From Aeropyrum pernix K1 (GTDB lineage Archaea; Thermoproteota; Thermoprotei_A; Sulfolobales; Acidilobaceae), in the NCBI RefSeq assembly GCF_000011125.1, contig NC_000854.2:810001-842000 (forward strand): 32,000 nt of DNA, read 5' to 3'. Position numbers and translations under genes: made by a program. A model generated the notes under the pieces. It was given only the letters and a program-made list of their open reading frames with translations. It made no database searches and had not been told where the DNA came from. Shown piece after piece: positions 17,836 to 27,103 of this stretch (positions are counted from its first letter, which is position 1; each line of letters begins with the position of its first letter).

Positions 17836-18720
17836 CTAGAGCCTCTCTATCCTCTCACTGCCGAAGAGGCCGTAGGGCTTGACTAGGAGTACTAGGAATA
17901 GTATGAAGAACGCGATATCCCTCCCTATACCGGGCAGGTAGGGGTCCAGAGTTTTGCTGGCTATCTGCTCGGCCAGGCCGAGGAAGACGCCTCCCACGAC
18001 TATTCCTCCCAGGCTGTCGAGACCCGCTATAAGGCTAGCTGCTAGGGCTATTATCGCGAAGAACTCGAGGTCCGGCGACACCTGTGTTTTGATTGAGAGG
18101 AGGAGGGCTGCGAGGCCGCTCACGAGGCCGGCAAGAGCCCAGCCGGCCAGCATGAGCCTCCTCACAGGGAGCCCGTAGGCGGCTGCGCCCTCTGCGTCCT
18201 CCGCCACACCCCTCATAGCAGCGCCGAAGCTAGTTTTCCTATGGAGGACGATGATGCCGGCTAGCACGGCTATCGAGCCTAGAAGGGCTATAACATCGTT
18301 TGTGCCGAGCGTCAGGAAGCCCAGCCTGTACACTTCGGGGTAGAAGGGGAGTACCGCGACCTCGCCCTTTCCAACTATTAGGACAACACCCTTAAGCATG
18401 TAGAATAGTCCCAGGGTTGCTCCAATCAAGGCTATGGGGGGACGGCCTAGCAGAGGCTTCGCGACGAACCTCTCCATGGCCATGCTGACGGCGATGCTGG
18501 CGGCTAGAGCTATGGCCACAGCCGCCAGGAGGTTGCCCGTGGCTATCGAGGCTATCCAAGCCAGGTAGGCTGCTAGTAGCACAACCTCGGGTACTGCGAA
18601 GTTTATGGACTTGTTGACCCTGTAGACGATGTTGTAGCCTAGGGCTATGAGGGAGTATAGGAGCCCCATGAGGACGCCCTGGAAAACCAGGTTCCCCCAC
18701 TGCTCCAGGAGGCCGGCCAC
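17836..18720 (-). CDS. livH: Liv-type ABC transporter permease
   Basis: GVLMGLLYSLIALGYNIVYRVNKSINFAVPEVVLLAAY; KTSFGAAMRGVAEDAEGAAAYGLPVRRLMLAGWALAGLVSGLAALLL. Confidence 0.92.
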   Translation of the reverse strand: MAGLLEQWGNLVFQGVLMGLLYSLIALGYNIVYRVNKSINFAVPEVVLLAAYLAWIASIATGNLLAAVAIALAASIAVSMAMERFVAKPLLGRPPIALIGATLGLFYMLKGVVLIVGKGEVAVLPFYPEVYRLGFLTLGTNDVIALLGSIAVLAGIIVLHRKTSFGAAMRGVAEDAEGAAAYGLPVRRLMLAGWALAGLVSGLAALLLSIKTQVSPDLEFFAIIALAASLIAGLDSLGGIVVGGVFLGLAEQIASKTLDPYLPGIGRDIAFFILFLVLLVKPYGLFGSERIERL

Positions 18721-18726
18721 AATGCT

Positions 18727-20682
18727 TCACCCCTCAACATCTATTATCTTGACCCTCCTGGTCACCTGGACCCTCCTCCCGTCCTCAAGCTTCATAGTGA
18801 CCGTGAGCTCGTACTCCTCGTCGCCACTGTAGATAGCCTCTATCAGGCCCGCGTACCTCGACTCTATAACCATCCTCCTGAGCTTCCTAGTCCTCGTCAT
18901 CTCCTCGTCGTCGGGGTGGAACTCCTTGAAGAGGCTGACGAACCTCCGTATCCTCTCCTTCTCGGGGAGCCTCCTGTTCACCTTCTCTATCTCCCTCTTA
19001 AGGAGCTGGAGGACCTCGGGCTTCTGAGAAAGGTCTGAGTAGCTTGTGAATGGTATCCTCCGTCTCTCAGCCCATCTAGACACTATTTCGAAGTCTATGT
19101 TGACGAGGGCGGCTAGATAAGGTTTCCCGGAGCCCACTATAGCCGCCTCCCCTATGTAGGGGCTGAACTTCAGCTTATTCTGTATGACCTGGGGTGCAAC
19201 CTTGGTGCCGTCGGAGAGGATTATGATCTCCTTAGCCCTATCCAGAACCTTTAGGTGGCCGTCTTCGGTAAGCACACCCACATCGCCCGTCCTCAGCCAC
19301 CCGTCCACTATAGTCTTCGCCGTGGCCTCCTCGTTCTTGTAGTAGCCCTTCATCATAGCCGGGCTCCTCATCAGTATTTCACCGTCCTCAGCTATCTTCA
19401 CCTCGGTGAGGGGTAGAGGCTTGCCAACAGTGTCGGGCCTAACATCGTCGTCGGGATGGACGACCGCAATCCCCGCCACCTCGGTCTGGCCGTAAATCTG
19501 CTTAAGGTTCACACCGAGTGAGTGGTAGAATATGACGTAGTCCTCCCCTATCATCGCACCGCCAGTATACGCCCTGACTATCCTCTTCAGCCCGGCCTTG
19601 TCCAGAACGGCCCTTAGAGCTAGCCAGTAGGCCAGGTAGTATAGGGCCCTCCAGAGGGTCGGCGGCCTGCTGCGCCCTTTCACGAGCCTCCTCCTAGCGG
19701 CCTCATACCCTATCTTATAGGCCAGCCTGAAGGCGGCCCTCTTGATAGGGTCGGCATCGTCAACCCTGGCCATAATGTCTTTTGCAATCCTCTCCCATAC
19801 CCTCGGCGGGGAGAACATGAAGTGGGGGGCGATCTCCCTGAAATCCCTCCAAAGTGTGTGCGGCGTCTCTGGGAAGTTGACTTTGAACCCGCCTATCATG
19901 TGGTAGGGTATACTCATCATCTGCTCCCCTATCCATGCTGTTGGTAGGAAGGAGACGTACTCCCAATCCTCCCTCACCGGGTCGACGGTGTTTAGCTGGT
20001 GGGCCATTGCAAGCATGTTCTTGAAGGATATCATGGCGAGCTTCGGAAGGCCTGTGGTGCCGCTCGTGGTGAAGAGGCCGCAAACCATGTCTGGCTCCAG
20101 CTCGCCCATCAGCTTCTTAACCTGCTGATCGCCTCCGTCCGAGTAGAGCTTCCTCCCGAGCCTCATCACGTCCCCGAAGGTCACTAACTTAGAGCCGACC
20201 ATCCCCCTGTATTGGTGAAGTCCTTTCGCCTCGTCAACAATTATCTTGTCAACATCTACACCTGAGTCTAGAACCCTGTCGAGCTGCTCCTGACCCTCTA
20301 CAAGCACGAACTTGGCATCGCCACTGTCGAGGAGGTAGCCTACCTCGTCGCTCAGGCTGTCCCGATATATGCCCATGGCCCTGCCTCCCAGGAGCTGGAC
20401 TCCGACCTCGTATATCACCCATGAGGGCCGGTTGAACGTTATGAAAGCCCCTGTATCGCCCGGCCCGAGGCCAAGGTTCTCCAGGGCAAGAGCCGCGTAG
20501 GCCACCCTCAAGTAGTAGTCACGCCAGGTATACCTCCTCCAGATCCCATACCTCTTCCACCTGAAGGCCACCCTCCCAGGCTGTGTCCTGGCGCGCCACT
20601 CGAGGAGCCATGGGAAGGTGGACTCGTATACCTCCCCCTCCCAAGGCTTCTCCCGCCGCCTCTCCACGCTACGTGCCTCCAC
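18727..20682 (-). CDS. AMP-dependent acyl-CoA synthetase, long-chain/FadD15-like
   Basis: 651 aa; canonical GLFTTSGTTGLPKLAMISFKN, IYGQTEVAG, GWLRTGDVGVLTEDGHLKVLDRAKEIIILSDGTKVAP. Confidence 0.9.
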   Translation of the reverse strand: MEARSVERRREKPWEGEVYESTFPWLLEWRARTQPGRVAFRWKRYGIWRRYTWRDYYLRVAYAALALENLGLGPGDTGAFITFNRPSWVIYEVGVQLLGGRAMGIYRDSLSDEVGYLLDSGDAKFVLVEGQEQLDRVLDSGVDVDKIIVDEAKGLHQYRGMVGSKLVTFGDVMRLGRKLYSDGGDQQVKKLMGELEPDMVCGLFTTSGTTGLPKLAMISFKNMLAMAHQLNTVDPVREDWEYVSFLPTAWIGEQMMSIPYHMIGGFKVNFPETPHTLWRDFREIAPHFMFSPPRVWERIAKDIMARVDDADPIKRAAFRLAYKIGYEAARRRLVKGRSRPPTLWRALYYLAYWLALRAVLDKAGLKRIVRAYTGGAMIGEDYVIFYHSLGVNLKQIYGQTEVAGIAVVHPDDDVRPDTVGKPLPLTEVKIAEDGEILMRSPAMMKGYYKNEEATAKTIVDGWLRTGDVGVLTEDGHLKVLDRAKEIIILSDGTKVAPQVIQNKLKFSPYIGEAAIVGSGKPYLAALVNIDFEIVSRWAERRRIPFTSYSDLSQKPEVLQLLKREIEKVNRRLPEKERIRRFVSLFKEFHPDDEEMTRTRKLRRMVIESRYAGLIEAIYSGDEEYELTVTMKLEDGRRVQVTRRVKIIDVEG

Positions 20683-20685
20683 TAC

Positions 20686-21531
20686 CTACTCACCCAGGTA
20701 AGCCTTCCTCACTCTCTCATCGGCAACCGCCTCGTGGGGAGGACCTTCGAATATAACCTTGCCATAATCCATGACCACTACTCTGTCGCATACGTCGGTG
20801 ACGACCTCCATGTCGTGTTCGATTAGGACCATAGTGGTGTGCATAGTCTCGCTAGTCTCGATAATCGCCCTCACAATATCCTCCTTCTCCTCCTTGGACA
20901 GCCCTGCCATGGGCTCGTCCATAAGCACTACCTCGGGGTTCTGGGCAAGGGCGCCGGCGAGGTCGACCTTCTTCTGGATGCCTGGGGGTAGGGCGCCTAT
21001 GGGGCTGTGCCTGTGCTCGTGGAGGTCTAGGAGATCGATAACATGCTCCGCCCTCTCCCTGGCCTCAACCTCCCACCTTTTAGCTCTGAAAGCCCAGAGT
21101 GCCTTCTCTAATATGCTCCCCCTGGTCCAGGGGTGAAGTCTTACCATGATGTTCTCTAGGACGGTCATGCTGTGGAATAGCTCGCTGTGCTGAAAGGTCC
21201 TGGATAGGCCGAGCGTGATGCGTTGGTGGGGTTTGAGGCCTGTTATGTCTCGTCCTTTAAAGTACACCCTCCCCCTCTGCGGCTTGTAGACGCCTGTTAT
21301 CACGTTTAGCAGGCTCGTCTTACCCGCCCCGTTAGGGCCTATGATACCCAGGATCTCTCCCCTCCTAACTTCCACACTAACGTTGTCAAGGGCTGTTACG
21401 CCTCCGAAGCGGAGGGTTATGTTCTCGGTCCACAGCACAGGCTCCCCTATTTGCCGGGGCCTCGTGTAGAGCTCGCCGTAGTCCCAAACTCTATCGAATT
21501 TGTACTTCTCGACGGTAGATGGAGAGGACAA
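20686..21531 (-). CDS. livG: Liv-type ABC transporter ATP-binding protein
   Basis: GPNGAGKTSLLNVITG, FQHSELFHSMTVLENIMV, VVLMDEPMAGLSKEEKEDIV. Track start 21627 lies upstream of the A-box TATTTAAA (21588-21595); TTG 21531 (SSPSTVEKYKFD...) fits better. Confidence 0.88.
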   Translation of the reverse strand: MSSPSTVEKYKFDRVWDYGELYTRPRQIGEPVLWTENITLRFGGVTALDNVSVEVRRGEILGIIGPNGAGKTSLLNVITGVYKPQRGRVYFKGRDITGLKPHQRITLGLSRTFQHSELFHSMTVLENIMVRLHPWTRGSILEKALWAFRAKRWEVEARERAEHVIDLLDLHEHRHSPIGALPPGIQKKVDLAGALAQNPEVVLMDEPMAGLSKEEKEDIVRAIIETSETMHTTMVLIEHDMEVVTDVCDRVVVMDYGKVIFEGPPHEAVADERVRKAYLGE

Positions 21532-21587
21532 TGTAGCGTTGTCCCCCGATAGTGGGATAAGTCCATTATACGGAAAATAGACAGGGC

Positions 21588-21595
21588 TATTTAAA
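21588..21595 (-). promoter_or_regulatory. A-box for the livG-led operon
   Basis: TATTTAAA / TTTAAATA on the minus strand, about 60 nt upstream of TTG 21531. Confidence 0.6.
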
Positions 21596-21632
21596 CAGTA
21601 AATGCGAAGTTGGGATAGCCTGTTCAAAGGCT

Positions 21633-21639
21633 GTATATA
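21633..21639 (+). promoter_or_regulatory. A-box for the divergent AMP-binding gene
   Basis: GTATATA within CTGTATATAC upstream of the plus-strand ORF. Confidence 0.5.
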
Positions 21640-21674
21640 CTACATGAAGATGCGTGAAATATTTGACTCATGCC

Positions 21675-23243
21675 GTGGCAACCCGAGTATGGTGTGAAGC
21701 CTCGCCCGCTAAACCCTGGGAGGAGCTGTGGCCTCCCCAGGCGCCCAGGGATGTGGAGGCCCTTAGAGAGAGGTTCACCCCCATACACGAAGAGATATTC
21801 AAGAGGTCCTCACGGGAGGGCTGCGCCCTCATACAGGGGGAGACGGGCTACTGCTACACCTGGAAGAGCCTAGCGTCCTTCATAGAAAGGATTGGAGGCT
21901 GGCTCCAATCCAAAGGTGTCAGCCATGGAGCCCAGGTGGCAGTAGCCTCTGAGAACCTTATAGAGGCTATAGCCTTCTCTCTCGCAGTCCTAGCCTCTGG
22001 CGCCCGGCTCGTCCTAATCGACCCTCTCACCGTTGGCGAGGACCTCGAGTGGCAGCTGGAGGGGCGTAGGGGGCTGGAGACTCTCGCGGCCAGCAGGGGC
22101 TTCCTCGAGAGGAATAGGGAGGCTGTGTCGCGAATTGACAATATAAGTACTGTTATAGAACTCTCGAGCAACCCCCAGCCGCTCGAGGTAGGAGGGGTTG
22201 AGGTCCTCGGCCTCAACGAGGTCTTATCCAGCACTGCAGCGCTAGAGGATGATGTGGAGCCTGACGACGACTCCTTCTCAATATACTACGCAGGGATAGC
22301 TGGGAGAACCATGCAGGCAATCCACAGCCACCTCGGACTCTGGATGGGGTCTAAAGTGTTTGCCGCCACCGCGGGTATAGACAGGGAGACTGTAAGTCTG
22401 CTGGCGACGCCCTTCACCCACGTCCTCGGCCTTCAAGCTTCACTCGTGGCCCCCCTAATCCAGGGGGGTACAGTAGTGGCTCTGCAGAGGTGGAACCCCA
22501 GGCTGGCGGCGAGGCTCGTGTCATCTCTAAGGATAAACTATCTGGCTGGCGTCCCCCTGATGTTTCAGCAGCTGCTGGATCTGGGTGCCACCAGTGGACT
22601 GAGGCTGGCGATATCCGCGGGTGCCCCGCTGCCTCCCGAGCTGCAGAGGAGGTTCGGGAGGGAGACCGGTATTCCCCTGCTCCAGGCTTATGGCATGAGC
22701 GAGAGCCTCATCCTAACCTTCCAAACACCCAAGATAGCGGAGATCGAGGGCACGATTGGAGTTCCACTGCCTGGAGTCGAGGTTTCCCTCCTGGGCGACG
22801 ACGGCCTCCTCAGCCCGCCGCCGGGTGTGGGGGAGCTCGTGGTCCAGGCACCATGGGTTATGAAGGGTTACGAGTTTGAGGAGGAGAACTCCAAGGCTTT
22901 CATCGATGGGTGGCTGAGGACGGGTGATGTAATCGAGATTACCGATAGGGGAGTCATGTTCTTCAGGGGCGTGAGGAAAAGGATAATTAAATATAAGGGT
23001 TATGCAATACTAGCCAGGGATCTAGAGGTCATACTAGAGTCGCACCCCGACGTGCTGGAGGCGAGAGTGTGGGGTGAGCCCGCCGGCGATGTCGGGCAGA
23101 TACCGGTAGCAAGCGTCGTCCTAAGAGCCGGCTCCAGCGTGACGCCCGAGGATCTCATGGAGTACGTGAACCAGAGAGTCTCCTTCTACAAGAAGATAAG
23201 GCGTGTAGAGGTAGAGGGGTACAGGTATAGCCCTGCCCCCTAG
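21675..23243 (+). CDS. AMP-binding (ANL superfamily) protein with degenerate catalytic motifs
   Basis: LLQAYGMSES, DGWLRTGDVIEITDRGVMFFRGVRKRIIKYKGYAI. P-loop-like A3 motif is YYAGIAGRTMQAIHSH and the A10 lysine region is absent. Track start GTG 21654; a TATA element at 21633-21639 may favour TTG 21663 or GTG 21675. Confidence 0.8.
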   Translation: MATRVWCEASPAKPWEELWPPQAPRDVEALRERFTPIHEEIFKRSSREGCALIQGETGYCYTWKSLASFIERIGGWLQSKGVSHGAQVAVASENLIEAIAFSLAVLASGARLVLIDPLTVGEDLEWQLEGRRGLETLAASRGFLERNREAVSRIDNISTVIELSSNPQPLEVGGVEVLGLNEVLSSTAALEDDVEPDDDSFSIYYAGIAGRTMQAIHSHLGLWMGSKVFAATAGIDRETVSLLATPFTHVLGLQASLVAPLIQGGTVVALQRWNPRLAARLVSSLRINYLAGVPLMFQQLLDLGATSGLRLAISAGAPLPPELQRRFGRETGIPLLQAYGMSESLILTFQTPKIAEIEGTIGVPLPGVEVSLLGDDGLLSPPPGVGELVVQAPWVMKGYEFEEENSKAFIDGWLRTGDVIEITDRGVMFFRGVRKRIIKYKGYAILARDLEVILESHPDVLEARVWGEPAGDVGQIPVASVVLRAGSSVTPEDLMEYVNQRVSFYKKIRRVEVEGYRYSPAP

Positions 23244-23303
23244 GGCCATAAGACCCTAAATATATACCTGTCCAAGGGTAGGAGCCATTCTGGGATACAC
23301 CCT

Positions 23304-23840
23304 TTGATACCTCCCGAAGCTAGGCATGTTATCCCACTACCGCCAGTCGAGACTACAGCACCCCCAGTGCCAGTGGGGGAGGGAGGGGAGGCGGTTACAT
23401 ACACGGGAGCGGTGACAATACCATATATAGACGTAGGGAGCCCCGACGCTTCTGGGTCCGGGCTTATATACCTCGCCGCGGTAGTCGCCATCCTTTTCGT
23501 GGCCCTAGTGCTTCTTGGGGGCGGTGGGCGCGGCAGGTTCGGAGGGGGGTTCGCCCCTGCAGCTATTGTGGGTGGGCTCAGCAGGGCGTGGAGCTATCTC
23601 TACCCCGGCAGGAAGAGGAGCCTCAGGCTGGCCCTCGAGGCTATGTATGAGAAGGCGCTGGCCCGTGGGGCCCGGATAGCCAGGTCTATGACCCCGAGGG
23701 AGGCGGCGGGGGAGGCTGAGGCTGCTGGCCTGAGGGCCAGGGAGATAGTGGACATCTACTACGACGGGGTGTACGGCCCTCACGAGCCGAGTGAGGAGAT
23801 GGTGAGGAGGGCCTGGAGGCTGGTTAGGGATGAGGGGTAG
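23304..23840 (+). CDS. Single-pass membrane protein with DUF4129-like cytoplasmic domain
   Basis: TM LIYLAAVVAILFVALVLL; LRLALEAMYEKALARGARIARSMTPREAAGEAEAAGL...YYDGVYGPHEPSEEMVRRAWRLV is the DUF4129 pattern; TATA AAATATATACC about 40 bp upstream. Confidence 0.7.
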   Translation: MIPPEARHVIPLPPVETTAPPVPVGEGGEAVTYTGAVTIPYIDVGSPDASGSGLIYLAAVVAILFVALVLLGGGGRGRFGGGFAPAAIVGGLSRAWSYLYPGRKRSLRLALEAMYEKALARGARIARSMTPREAAGEAEAAGLRAREIVDIYYDGVYGPHEPSEEMVRRAWRLVRDEG

Positions 23841-24936
23841 AGCTATCCTCCTCTTCGCCATTATAACCGGACTGGTGCTTTCAGGGGCTGCAGTAGACGC
23901 TGCCATGAGGGGTGAGCTGAGGATATACACCTCAACCTCGCCCTCCAACCCCTCAGTCTATGGGGCCAGCGAGTTCTACGAGGCGGCTAGAGAGGCTTAC
24001 GACGCCGTGCTGGTGAGGAGCATTGGGGAGCTGGAGGAGCTCGCTGTTGAGGGGGGAGCGTCGATAGTTTATGTCGTGATAGCCCCGGACAAGCCTTTTA
24101 CCTATGAGGAGTACCTTGTTCTCAGCAGCCTCGCATCCCAGGGCAGGCTGAAGATTCTTGTGATGGACGAGACTATAGTGTCAAACTGGCTCCTCGAGAG
24201 GCTTGTAGGGGCTAGGGTATCCGGTGAGGAGCTTATCGTACCGGGCGCCTCGGGGGGATGGCAGTATATTGTGGATGTGGACTGCGGCTCCTTGGGGAGG
24301 GGGCTGGCTTCCAAGCCGAGCTTCATAGAGGAGGCTGCCGGGGGAGAGAGCATCTGCACTGCAGATATCGCTGGAGAAGAGAGGGTTTTGGCTGTTAAGA
24401 TCGAGAGAGGAGGGTTCAAAGCCCTAGTAGTCTCAGACTCCAGCATGTGCGCGAACTTCATGCTAGATCCTCCCCCGTGGCTGGGTGACGGGAACAGGGG
24501 CCTGTGCATGGGCCTCCTCGGCCTTCTAGTAGAGCCCGGGGATGTCGTGGTCTTCGACGATGCCCACTACAAAGGCATTCCACTATACTTCAAGTACGGA
24601 CAGGCCCTCGCCGGGCTAGCCGCGGTTCCGGCGAGGGCCCTCTCCTCCATGTGGGCTATCAACCCCTACGCCACCCTCGCATCCCTAATAGCCGTCTCCA
24701 CGGCTCTCTCGGCGCTGGCGCGCCCATGGAGGCCTCTCGAGAGGCCTCTGGGCGATGAGATGCTTGAGAAGCTCGCCCTCTACGCCCTCCAAGAGGCTGC
24801 GAGGAGAGACCCCATCCTGAGGGCCGCCCTAACCTTCGGTGTGGCCCTCAGGTTAAGGCCTCTTAGACGCCTCCTAATCGAAAGGGCTTACAGGGTTCTG
24901 GGTGTGAAGGGTGGAGAAGGTCTTCGCGCGTATTAG
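23830..24936 (+). CDS. DUF4350-like membrane protein
   Basis: 368 aa; signal/TM at N-terminus; [25 protein letters not shown]; [18 protein letters not shown]; overlaps upstream and downstream genes in an archaeal DUF4129-DUF4350-MoxR-DUF58 order. Confidence 0.7.
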   Translation: MRGRAILLFAIITGLVLSGAAVDAAMRGELRIYTSTSPSNPSVYGASEFYEAAREAYDAVLVRSIGELEELAVEGGASIVYVVIAPDKPFTYEEYLVLSSLASQGRLKILVMDETIVSNWLLERLVGARVSGEELIVPGASGGWQYIVDVDCGSLGRGLASKPSFIEEAAGGESICTADIAGEERVLAVKIERGGFKALVVSDSSMCANFMLDPPPWLGDGNRGLCMGLLGLLVEPGDVVVFDDAHYKGIPLYFKYGQALAGLAAVPARALSSMWAINPYATLASLIAVSTALSALARPWRPLERPLGDEMLEKLALYALQEAARRDPILRAALTFGVALRLRPLRRLLIERAYRVLGVKGGEGLRAY

Positions 24937-25831
24937 CGAGGAGGTTTCTAAGGTCATAGTTGGGAAGGAGAGGGAGATAAGGCTCGTCCTAGCCGCCCTG
25001 GCAGCCAGAGGCCATGTTCTGCTCGAGGGTGTCCCAGGCGTTGCCAAAACCACTATGGCTAGGGCCATAGCCAGGGCCACGGGCCTGAGGTTCTCTAGGA
25101 TCCAGTTCACCCCTGACATGCTGCCGAGCGATGTCATAGGGACTATGGTCTACGATCAGAGGACAGGTGAGTTCGTTTTTAGGCGTGGTCCTGTTTTTGC
25201 TAATGTTGTTCTTGCTGATGAGGTTAACCGTGCTAATCCTCGTACTCAGAGTGCTTTTCTTGAGGCTATGCAGGAGGGGCAGGTTACTGTGTGGGGTGAG
25301 ACCCACAGGCTCCCCAGCCCCTTCATAGTCCTAGCCACAATGAACCCCATAGAGCTGGAGGGAGTCTACCCACTACCAGAAGCACAACTAGACAGATTCA
25401 TGGCTCGGGTCGTTGTGGGCCATCCCTCTCTTGAGGAGCTCGTCGAGATTATGGAGAAGTACCGGAGTATAACCGAGTTTCCAGTCGAGCCTGTCGCCAG
25501 GCCGGAGGATATTGTCGCGGCGCAGGAGGCTGTGTGGAAGGTGCATGTGGATAAGAACATAAAGCTATATATCGCCAGGATCGTGGAGGAGACTCATAAA
25601 CACCCGGGAGTGTCCCTCGGAGGCTCACCCAGGGCGGCCCTCTCAATCATGATGCTGGCCAGAGGCCTGGCACTGCTAGACGGTCTCGGCTACGTTACTC
25701 CCGACCATGTTAAGGAGGCTGCCAGGGCAGCCCTCCCCCACAGGCTAATACTCACGACAGAAGCCAAGCTGGAGGGCTTGAAGCCTGAGTCGGTAGTTGA
25801 GGATGTACTCTCCTCTGTAGAGACCCCGTAA
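24911..25831 (+). CDS. MoxR-family AAA+ ATPase
   Basis: [18 protein letters not shown]; [28 protein letters not shown]; [27 protein letters not shown]. Confidence 0.95.
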   Translation: MEKVFARISEEVSKVIVGKEREIRLVLAALAARGHVLLEGVPGVAKTTMARAIARATGLRFSRIQFTPDMLPSDVIGTMVYDQRTGEFVFRRGPVFANVVLADEVNRANPRTQSAFLEAMQEGQVTVWGETHRLPSPFIVLATMNPIELEGVYPLPEAQLDRFMARVVVGHPSLEELVEIMEKYRSITEFPVEPVARPEDIVAAQEAVWKVHVDKNIKLYIARIVEETHKHPGVSLGGSPRAALSIMMLARGLALLDGLGYVTPDHVKEAARAALPHRLILTTEAKLEGLKPESVVEDVLSSVETP

Positions 25832-25855
25832 GACGGAGAAGGGGTTCAGGGAGGG

Positions 25856-27103
25856 TTGGCGGTGAAGCTTACTAGGAGGGGCTGGAGCCTCCTGCTGGCC
25901 TCAAGCCTCTCCTCTGCAGCGGCGCTGGCGACGGGAGACCCAATACTCCTGGCCTCAGGGCTCGTGGGTATCCTCGTCCTCGGCTTCTCCTTCCTCTACG
26001 CTAAGCGGATCCACACCCTCTTGAGCAGAGCCCGGGTTTCAAGGGCCGCTGGCCATATCAAGGCGGTTGAGGGTTCTAGGGTTAGGATAGCCTTCAGGCT
26101 GGAAGCACCGCGGGGGCTCCCAAGGGGGACTGTTGTGAGGGACTCTCCCCCGAGGAGGCTTGCGGTGATCGGAGAGCCCGAGGCTCCAGTAGAGGGGGGG
26201 CCAGGCGGGGTTGTTGAGGCCTGGTACGAGGCTAAGCCCTCTGTAGGGAGCCATAGATGGTCCGAGGTGGAGGTGTACGCTGAATCACCCGGGGGTCTTG
26301 CCGTGGCTAGCGTTAGAAACTCCCTCCCTATTTTGCTTGAGGCGGCGCCTAGCCCCAGGGCCCTGGAGGAGGTTAGGCTGAGGCTGGCCGCAATGACAGG
26401 CTATTCTAAGCCTGTGAACAGGAGGTGGCCCCTCGGCTACGAGTTTCTGGAGCTGAGGGAGTACCAGCCGGGCGATGACCCGCGTATGATACACTGGCCA
26501 TCCACAGCGAGGGCCGGGACCCTCGTCGTAAGGGAGACTGCTATGGAGACCAGGCTTAACCTTACTATAGTGTTGGACGCGAGCGGAGAGATGTGGATAG
26601 GCGGGCCAGGGGCCTCCCCTATAGACCACGCTGCCCGGCTAACACTGGCACTGGCAGCCCTCGCATGGGAGTCGGGGGGTACAGCCTCAGTGTTCCTCTT
26701 CAACGGGTGGAGCTGTTTTGAGGCTAGAAGGGCTGTTGACACAGCCTCCCTCGCCACGGTTCTCTCGAAGCTTGACGTGGGCCACGGCCGCTCAACGGAG
26801 GGTCTAGCTGGCTGCGCCCGGAAAGCAGCATCACTGAGAGCACGGAGACCCCTCATAATAGTCACCGGCCCCGCCGTCGACCTGGCTTGGCTGGTGAAGA
26901 GGGTGGAGGAGCCTCCACGCCCACCAACACCCATCACTCTCTACTCCATCATGACGCCGACTGGAGAATCCCCGGAGGAGAGGCTCGTCAGGGCAGAAAC
27001 ACTCCGCGAGGCAGAGGCTGCTGGGAGTAGGAGGGTAGTGGCGGGCGGCTGGCTGGAGGCAGGCCTTAGGATCCTTGAGACTCTGGAGGTGTATAGCCTT
27101 TGA
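25856..27103 (+). CDS. DUF58 (vWA-like) protein, membrane-anchored
   Basis: LRLAAMTGYSKPVNRRWPLGYEFLELREYQPGDDPRMIHWPSTARAGTLVVRE and NLTIVLDASGEMW; N-terminal TM pair; adjacent to moxR. Confidence 0.9.
   Translation: MAVKLTRRGWSLLLASSLSSAAALATGDPILLASGLVGILVLGFSFLYAKRIHTLLSRARVSRAAGHIKAVEGSRVRIAFRLEAPRGLPRGTVVRDSPPRRLAVIGEPEAPVEGGPGGVVEAWYEAKPSVGSHRWSEVEVYAESPGGLAVASVRNSLPILLEAAPSPRALEEVRLRLAAMTGYSKPVNRRWPLGYEFLELREYQPGDDPRMIHWPSTARAGTLVVRETAMETRLNLTIVLDASGEMWIGGPGASPIDHAARLTLALAALAWESGGTASVFLFNGWSCFEARRAVDTASLATVLSKLDVGHGRSTEGLAGCARKAASLRARRPLIIVTGPAVDLAWLVKRVEEPPRPPTPITLYSIMTPTGESPEERLVRAETLREAEAAGSRRVVAGGWLEAGLRILETLEVYSL

Noticed and set aside
23505-23948. 147 aa minus-strand ORF
   Set aside because: Antisense to DUF4129-like and DUF4350-like genes; Pro/Ser-rich shadow frame.
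24989-25306. Idea that the T-rich patch in moxR marks an intron, insertion or frameshift
   Set aside because: The reading frame is uninterrupted through the patch and encodes the expected conserved MoxR residues with normal length, so no inserted sequence is present. The antisense 105 aa ORF there is a by-product.
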